NCBI GenBank assembly: GCA_963804505.1
Contig: CAWDQP010000010.1
Coordinates: forward strand, 458,291-522,290
DNA length: 64,000 nt
Origin: an uncultured Thermoplasmata archaeon
Lineage (GTDB): Archaea; Thermoplasmatota; Thermoplasmata; Lutacidiplasmatales; UBA184
Direction of reading: 5' to 3'
Part shown: positions 58,801 to 64,000 of the stretch, piece after piece
How the letters are laid out: each line of letters starts with the position of its first letter
How positions within the stretch are numbered: the first letter of the stretch is position 1
Translations under genes and position numbers: made by a program
The notes under the pieces: model-generated
The model's database searches: none
What the model was told of the DNA's origin: nothing
Seen by the model: the letters and a program-made list of their open reading frames with translations, nothing else

Positions 58801-58816
58801 CAAAACCCTATATAGA
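58801..58816 (+). promoter_or_regulatory. BRE/TATA-like promoter element
   Basis: CAAAACCCTATATAGA is the clearest TATA box in the window. It lies in the divergent region between purS (minus strand) and the small ORF / RAM-domain / UPF0147 genes (plus strand). Confidence 0.55.
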
Positions 58817-58859
58817 GGGACTTTTTCGGAAAATCCGGCTCGGTGGGGAGCCGGTATTC

Positions 58860-59033
58860 ATGGAGGAGTTCATCTGCAGTGTGGAGTTCCTGCGGGGGCC
58901 GGCGGACATGTTGGCCCGCGTGTCGAGCGAGGCGGGCGGGGTTCGGGAATACCGGGGCCCCTCGGCCGGCTCGGTGATCGACCAGGTGATCAACGACCTT
59001 CAAGAGGAGTTCGAGTCCGCCCCGGCTTCGTAG
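58860..59033 (+). CDS. Possible small protein (57 aa), unknown
   Basis: It is not in the ORF track (too short). It reads MEEFICSVEFLRGPADMLARVSSEAGGVREYRGPSAGSVIDQVINDLQEEFESAPAS*. Third positions are mostly G/C. GGGGAG lies about 10 nt upstream, and the clearest TATA box of the window lies about 48 nt upstream. Confidence 0.25.
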   Translation: MEEFICSVEFLRGPADMLARVSSEAGGVREYRGPSAGSVIDQVINDLQEEFESAPAS

Positions 59034-59094
59034 GCCAGGTCTCGGGTCGGGCATTCGCTGTCGGGGAAGGGGAGACCGCACGCGGGGAGAAACC

Positions 59095-59437
59095 ATGGAG
59101 AAGCCGACCGTCAACAAGGTCCCGGTCAGCCAGGCCGTGGAGAGCGGCGTTCACGAAGGTCTGGGGCGACGAGGACGTCGTGGCGCTGATCGCGCTCAAG
59201 GTCGAGACCTCCGAGGCCGACTCGGTCGCGCTCGAGGTCGCGAAGTTCACCGAGGTCGAGGACGTCTTCCTCGTCACGGGCGACACCGACATCTTCCTCA
59301 AGGTCCGGTTCCCGCACTACGGGGAGCTGAAGGAGTTCGTCCTGCACCGCCTTCCCGGCGTCAAGGGGATCCGCGAGACGAAGACGCTCCTCGTCGTCAC
59401 GTCCTACAAGGAGGGCGGCGAGACCCACAATCCATGA
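59095..59437 (+). CDS. Stand-alone Lrp/AsnC-type ligand-binding (RAM) domain protein
   Basis: VVALIALKVETSEADSVALEVAKFTEVEDVFLVTGDTDIFLKVRFPHYGELKEFVLHRLPGVKGIRETKTLLVVTSY. There are two possible starts. One is GTG 59180, which needs no frameshift. The other is ATG 59095, preceded by GGGGAG, with a shift near 59150. Confidence 0.6.
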
Positions 59438-59753
59438 CGCCCTCCTCCGGCGGCGCTTCCACTCACCCCGTGACCCACCCGCCGATCGTCCGTCGGCGAA
59501 CGGGCCCCGCCCGCGCTCGAGCGGATCGTCGCGTCGATCGCCGAGCTCGCGGAGGACGCCTCCGTTCCCCGCAACGTCCGACGCGGGGCGCAGTCCGCGA
59601 AGGAGGAGTTGACCAAGCCGCAGGTCGCCCTCGACGTGCGGATCGCCGGGCGCCGTTTACGTCCTCGACGATCTCGCGAACGACCCGAACCTTCCGACCC
59701 ACGGTCGGACGGCGATCTGGTCGATCATATCGAGCTTGGAGAGCCTGCAGTGA
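59434..59753 (+). CDS. UPF0147-family small archaeal protein
   Basis: The ATG overlaps the upstream stop (ATGA). It reads ...LERIVASIAELAEDASVPRNVRRGAQSAKEELTKPQVALDVRIAG / AVYVLDDLANDPNLPTHGRTAIWSIISSLESLQ*. Frame breaks lie near 59500 and 59650. Confidence 0.6.
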
Positions 59754-59835
59754 GCTCGGCCCGGGCATAGCCTGAAATACGGCGTTCGAGTTCCGCGCCT
59801 CGGAGCGGAAGTGGGCCCGTAGCTCAGCTCCGGTA

Positions 59836-59867
59836 GACCGACCGGAAACCCCGGTGGCCCGAGCACA
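59836..59867 (+). other. Putative D-arm intervening sequence of tRNA-Lys (boundaries can slide by 0-2 nt)
   Basis: Removing it restores a canonical D arm (A14, R15, G18 G19, A21). It contains a hairpin ACCGG-AAACC-CCGGT. I could not fit a canonical bulge-helix-bulge by eye. Confidence 0.45.
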
Positions 59868-59905
59868 GAGCATCTGGCTTTTAACCAGTTGGTCGGGGGT
59901 TCGAA

Positions 59906-59944
59906 CGAGCGACTCCGCTGAGCCGCTCGCGGACGCTCCGAATG
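59906..59944 (+). other. tRNA-Lys T-loop intron (bulge-helix-bulge type), boundaries +/-1 nt
   Basis: The central helix pairs TTCG (59900..03) with CGAA (59939..42). The 3-nt bulges are AAC (59904..06) and TGT (59943..45). The inner helix pairs GAGCG with CGCTC. Removal gives the T-loop TTCGAAT, the same as in tRNA-Gly. Confidence 0.65.
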
Positions 59945-59980
59945 TCCCCCCGGGCCCGTTCCGCTCCCCCGAGGTTCACA

Positions 59981-60317
59981 TGAGTCCGCGTGCCGCACGC
60001 CGGACGAAGCGCCGCGCCGCCAGCGCCGAAGCCCGTCGACGCCGAAGCGACCGTTCGTCGCCCACCACCTCGCTCCCCCTCACGAGGTTCTGAGCGAGGA
60101 GGAGACGCGCACGGGTCCTCGAGACGCTCGGCACGCCGACCGAGCGCCTGCCCGCAAGATGCTCGCGAGCGACCCGGGGCTGAAGACCGACCCCCGGTTC
60201 AACGCGCTTGAAGGACGCCGGCGAGAACCTCACCGGCCGCCTCGTGCGCGATCCGCCGCCCGAGCGCGACCGCGGGCGAAGCGATCGCCTACCGGGTCGT
60301 CATCGCATCCCCGTTGA
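59981..60317 (+). CDS. rpoH: RNA polymerase subunit H (Rpo5), heavily frame-broken
   Basis: ATG 59981 is preceded by GAGGT. The recognisable pieces lie in alternating frames: HHLAPPHEVLSEEETRT / VLETLGTPTERLP / KMLASDPGLKTDPRFNA / KDAGENLTGRLVR / IRRPSATAGEAIAYRVVIAS. At least 5 frame breaks occur in about 260 nt. The stop is taken as TGA 60315. Confidence 0.6.
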
Positions 60318-60338
60318 GGGGATTGAGGAGTCGAAACC

Positions 60339-63300
60339 ATGCGCGAGATCGTGGACGCCTTTTTCCGAGAGCGGTCGATCGTCAACCACCACCTGGCCAG
60401 CTTCAACGACTTCCTCCCGACCCGCGATAACCCCAACTCGCGGATGCAACGGATCGTCGACGACGCGCGCGTCAGCGAGGATTCGACCGAGCGCGGGGTC
60501 ATCCGGCTCGACGTCCAAAAGACGAAGAGCTCGATCTACGGTGCGGGTCGGGCGCCGGCGCGACAGCCGCGGGGCAACGTCAACCCCTCCGCCGAGCCGA
60601 CGATCTTCATCGGCGCGCCGTTCGTCAAGGAACCGGTCGGGTCGAAGCCGACGCTCACCCCGATGGAGGCGCGCCTCCGCAACCTCACCTACCAGGCGCC
60701 CATCTACCTCAAGGTCACCGTCGTCGAGAACGGCGTCGAGCGCGCGCCCGAGGACGTCCACATCGGCGACCTGCCGATCATGGTCAAGAGCCGACCGTGC
60801 AACCTGAACCGCTACAAGATCACCGAGGACGACCAGATCTGGCTCTCGGACGAGGAGTACCGCGCGAAGCTGGTCGAGTACGGCGAGGACCCGCTCGACC
60901 CCGGCGGCTACTTCATCATCGGCGGCACGGAACGCGTCATCATCAGCCTCGAGGACCTCGCCCCGAACCGGATCTTCGCGGAGTACAACGAACGGTACGG
61001 CACGCCGGTCGAGAGCGCGAAGGTGTTCAGCCAGCGGGGCGGCTACCGCTCGCTCACGGTCGTGGAGAAGAAGAAGGACGGGATCCTCCAGGTCTCGGTC
61101 CCGACGGCGAGCGGCCAGATCCCGCTCGTGATCCTGATGAAGGCCCTCGGGATGAAGAACGACGAGGAGATCTTCCAGGCGGTCCTCGGGGAACTGCTCC
61201 CGCTGGACGAGCCGTTCGTCCAGACGATGAAGCATCTCCTCAACGTCAACCTCGAGGAGTGCGTCTCGAAGAAGCTCTACCCGCCCGAGGGGATCCTCAC
61301 GACCGAGGACGCGCTCATCTTCCTCGAGAAGAAGTTCGCGACGGGGCAGGCGAAGGAGTACCGTCAGCGCAAGGTCGACGGGATCCTCGACCGCTCGCTC
61401 CTGCCGCACCTCGGCGACACGCGCGCGGACCGCCTCAAGAAGGCGCTCTACCTCGCGCGCATGGCCCGAACCGTCCTCGAGCTGCACCTCAAGGTCCGGG
61501 GCGAGGACGACAAGGACCACTACGCGAACAAGCGCCTCAAGCTCGCCGGCGACCTGATGGAGGACCTGTTCCGGGTCGCGTTCTCGCTCCTCCTCAAGGA
61601 CCTCAAGTACCAGCTCGAACGCTCGTTCGCCCGGAAGAAGGACCTTCGGATCGCGAGCGCGATCCGCCCGGACCTCCTGACGCAGCGCCTCGTCCACGCG
61701 CTCGCGACCGGGAACTGGGTCGGCGGCCGGGCCGGGGTGAGCCAGGTGCTCGACCGGACGAGCCACATGTCGACGATCAGCCACCTGCGACGGGTCACGA
61801 GCCCGCTGACCCGCAGCCAGCCGCACTTCGAGGCGCGCGACCTGCACCCCACGCAATGGGGCCGTCTCTGCCCGAACGAGACGCCCGAAGGGCAGAACTG
61901 CGGGCTCGTCAAGAACTACGCCCTCTGCGTCGACGTCTCCGAAGGGGCGGACGAGGAGGAGGTCACCCTCATCCTCCGCGACCTCAACACGCGCGAGATC
62001 GGCCCCGAGGTGTTCCAGGAATGCGGCCCCGAAGGGGAAGCGCGCCGCGCGGGTCTACGTCAACGGGAACCTGGTCGGGCTCCACTCGCAGCCGCTCGAC
62101 CTCGTCAAGGAGATCCGCGAGCGGCGCCGGACCGGCACGCTCTCGCCGACGCTCGGCGACAAGACCTACGAAATCAACGTCCGCTACGACAGCGAGATGA
62201 ACGAGGTCATCGTCCACTCCGACTCCGGCCGGCTCCGCCGCCCGCTGGTCGTCGCGAAGAACGGCGTCCCGCGCGTCTCCCGCTCGGACCTCGACGAGCT
62301 CGGCCGCGGAACCCTCTCGTTCAGCGACCTCATCCGCCAGGGCAAGATCGAATGGATCGACGCCGAAGAGGAGGAGGACGCCCTCATCGCCCTCGACCCG
62401 TTCGCCCCGCCCGAGCGGTGCCCGAAGTGCGGCAGCGCGCTCAGCCGCTCCGACGTGCGCTGGATCTCGATGGGCGAGAAGCGGGAGCCGACGGTGGTCG
62501 AGTGCGGGCTCTGCCACGCGGAGTTCGCCGACCCTCAACCTGCTCACGGACCGCCACACGCACCTCGAGATCGACCCGAACCTGATGCTCGGCGTCTGCA
62601 CCGGGCTCATCCCGTACCCCGGAGCACAACTCCGCGCCGCGGAACACGATGGGCTCGGGGATGGCGAAGCAGGCGCTCGGCGTCGAGTCGGTGAACTACC
62701 GCCGGCGGCCGGACACGCGCGGCCACCTCCTCCACTACCCGCAGGCGCCGCTGCTCCAGACGCAGACGATGCGCTACGTCCACTTCACCGAGCGGCCCGC
62801 CGGCCAGAATTTCGTGGTCGCGGTCCTCTCCTACGAGGGGTACAACATGCAGGACGCGCTCGTCTTCTCGAAGGGCGCGATCGAGCGCGGCCTCGGTCGC
62901 TCCTCGTTCTTCCGGACGTACCGCGGCGAGGAGCGGAAGTATCCCGGGCGGTCAGGAGGACCGCTTCGAGATCCCGCGCCCGGACGTCGCCGGCGCGCGC
63001 GTCGACACCGCCTACCGCAACCTCGGCGAGGACGGCCTGATCTATCCCGGAGCTCGAGGTGACCGAAGGGGACGTCCTCGTCGGCAAGACGAGCCCGCCC
63101 CGGTTCCTCGAGGAGAAGACCGACCTCCTGACGCCGCAGAAGCGGCGCGAGACGAGCGTCACGGTCCGTTTCGGCGAATCCGGCTGGGTCGACAACGTGA
63201 TCCTCACCGAGGGCGAGAACATCTCGAAGCTCGTCAAGGTGAAGGTCCGCAACCAGCGCGTCCCCGAGCTCGGCGACAAGTTCGCGAGCCGCCACGGGCA

Positions 63301-64000
63301 GAAGGGGGTCATCGGCCTCATCGTGCCGCAGGAGGACCTACCCTACACGCGGGACGGCGTGACGCCGGACCTGCTGATCAATCCGCACGCCATCCCGTCG
63401 CGGATGACGGTCGCCCACGTCCTCGAGATGCTGGGCGGCAAGGTCGGGGCCCTCAAGGGCAAGAACGATCGACGGCACCGCGTTCTCGGGGACTCGGGAG
63501 GAGGCGCTTGCGCGAGGACCTGAAGGCGCTCGGCTTCCACCCGTCCGGCCGCGAGACGCTCTACGACGGCCTCACCGGTCGCCGCTACGAGGCGGAGATC
63601 TTCATCGGCGTGATCTACTACCAGAAGCTCCACCACATGGTCGCGGGCAAGATGCACATGCGCTCGCGCGGCCCCGTCCAGATCCTCACCCGCCAGCCGA
63701 CCGAGGGGCGCTCGCGCCAGGGCGGTCTGCGGTTCGGAGAGATGGAGCGCGACTGCCTGATCGGCCACGGCGTCGCGATGGTGATCAAGGACCGTCTGCT
63801 CGACGAGTCGGACGGCACGATCCAGTACGTCTGCGGGAACGTCGACTGCGGCCACATCGCGATCCCCGACACGCGGGCGAGCTCGCTGCGCTGCCCGAGC
63901 TGCGGGAACACCTCGTCGATCTACCCGGTCGAGATGAGCTACTCGTTCAAGCTCCTGCTCGAGGAGCTGATCAGCCTCGGCGTGATCATGCGGCTCCAGC
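60339..64000 (+). CDS. rpoB: RNA polymerase subunit B (Rpo2), unsplit; the 3' end lies beyond the window
   Basis: [26 protein letters not shown]...[12 protein letters not shown]...GNWVGGRAG...SHLRRV...[27 protein letters not shown]...THLEIDP...[13 protein letters not shown]...[12 protein letters not shown]...[11 protein letters not shown]...[14 protein letters not shown]-terminal zinc motif reads CGNVDCGH...CPSCGN. Frame breaks lie near 62035, 62532, 62620, 62945, 63047, 63468 and 63507. Confidence 0.9.

Larger units (their letters stand above)
59813..59958 (+). tRNA. tRNA-Lys (anticodon UUU) with two intervening sequences (D-arm and T-loop 59/60)
   Basis: Acceptor GGGCCCG/CGGGCCC. The D arm is GCTC-AGCTCCGGTA-[32 nt]-GAGC. 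The anticodon stem is TCTGG/CCAGT (27:43 is a U-U pair) with loop CTTTTAA, TTT at 59880..82. The T arm is GGGGG-TTCGAA-[39 nt]-T-CCCCC. The mature length is 75 nt. Confidence 0.7.

Noticed and set aside
59853-59871. An alternative 5' half of tRNA-Lys starting inside the D-arm insert (GGCCCG...).
   Set aside because: The acceptor would have a mismatch at 1:72 and no D arm could be formed. The copy is better explained as a partial duplication within the intervening sequence.
1-64000. CRISPR arrays, tandem repeats, IS elements and rRNA genes.
   Set aside because: Reading through the window, I saw no regularly spaced direct repeats, no transposase-like ORFs and no rRNA-like stretches. This was a visual scan only, not a computed repeat search.

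Overview
This is a very GC-rich archaeal chromosomal segment, densely packed on both strands. I support about 60 protein-coding genes and 3 tRNA genes. I saw no rRNA, CRISPR array, transposase or integrase.

The information-processing genes are clearly archaeal: MCM, RpoH followed by an unsplit RpoB, RpoN, aCPSF1, proteasome beta, Cdc48, NMD3-like, Cgi121, Dph6-like, SepF and L18e-L13-S9. My guess at lineage is a Thermoplasmatota-like euryarchaeon, with low confidence.

The rest is mostly housekeeping:
- pyrD-pyrK, pyrG-aspS, purS-purL, purE-guaA(B) and folC-nth
- methylmalonyl-CoA mutase large subunit, alaS and M17 aminopeptidase
- an anchor-less sdhA-sdhB-HdrB-like cluster
- glycosyltransferases and a large N-glycosylation-rich surface protein
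- bacterial-type clpB and mutS-mutL

Observations most worth a second look:
1. The sequence contains roughly sixty reading-frame breaks (hand count) inside conserved, essential genes. Most sit at short G/C runs and several are locally compensated. Many entries in the ORF track are therefore fragments or out-of-frame read-throughs. I read this as sequencing or assembly error, but it needs read-level confirmation.
2. Two of the three tRNA genes carry an intron at the non-canonical T-loop position 59/60, each with a bulge-helix-bulge motif readable by eye. tRNA-Lys also has a second intervening sequence in the D-arm.
3. mutS-mutL is extended by a translationally coupled PD-(D/E)xK nuclease-fold gene.
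4. RpoB carries a four-cysteine zinc-ribbon-like insertion in a loop that is short in the archaeal homologues I remember.
5. Nearly all AT-rich islands are TATA-like boxes 25-35 nt upstream of start codons, which implies leaderless mRNAs. Many gene pairs overlap by ATGA or GTGA.

I did not find a system I could confidently call new. The candidates are listed below with the checks that would decide them.
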